In this document: piece after piece, positions 63,965 to 64,000 of the stretch
How positions within the stretch are numbered: position 1 is the first letter of the stretch
Layout of the letters: each line of letters starts with the position of its first letter
Assembly (NCBI GenBank): GCA_013265495.1
Contig: MU058687.1
Span: 682,001-746,000 of the forward strand
Source: Vicugna vicugna
Taxonomy: Eukaryota
Direction: 5' to 3'
Length of the DNA: 64,000 nt
Program-made: the position numbers and the translations under genes
Notes under the pieces: model-generated
The model's database searches: none
Seen by the model: only the letters and a program-made list of their open reading frames with translations
What the model was told of the DNA's origin: nothing

Positions 63965-64000
63965 CTTTTTGTATTAATATCTTGGAAGTGACATTCCATC

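Overview
Mammalian genomic DNA, probably camelid: five tRNA-Ala-derived SINEs resemble the camelid Vic-1 type (inference). One protein-coding gene is supported: SYNDIG1L (capucin/TMEM90A, CD225/dispanin family) on the minus strand. It has a non-coding exon 1 in a CpG island (~38.9-39.5 kb), three coding exons (24654-24238, 22797-22657, 22517-22359; 238 aa, phase-0 GT-AG junctions) and a poly(A) signal at 20815-20820. The rest is intronic or intergenic and rich in L1, L2, MIR, MaLR/ERVL/ERV LTRs and DNA-transposon relics. Nearly all listed ORFs are spurious. I found no convincing new multi-gene system. The best leads are: a near-perfect RE1/REST site between CCG repeats in exon 1; a uORF overlapping the main ATG; a 59-bp intronic inverted repeat whose mismatches are mostly G-U pairs on the sense strand; a CRE+TATA LTR facing the gene's 3' end; a strong CTCF motif; and retrotransposition footprints (poly(A)-only insertion, possible 3' transduction). 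Repeat subfamily names come from recalled consensus sequences and repeat boundaries are approximate.
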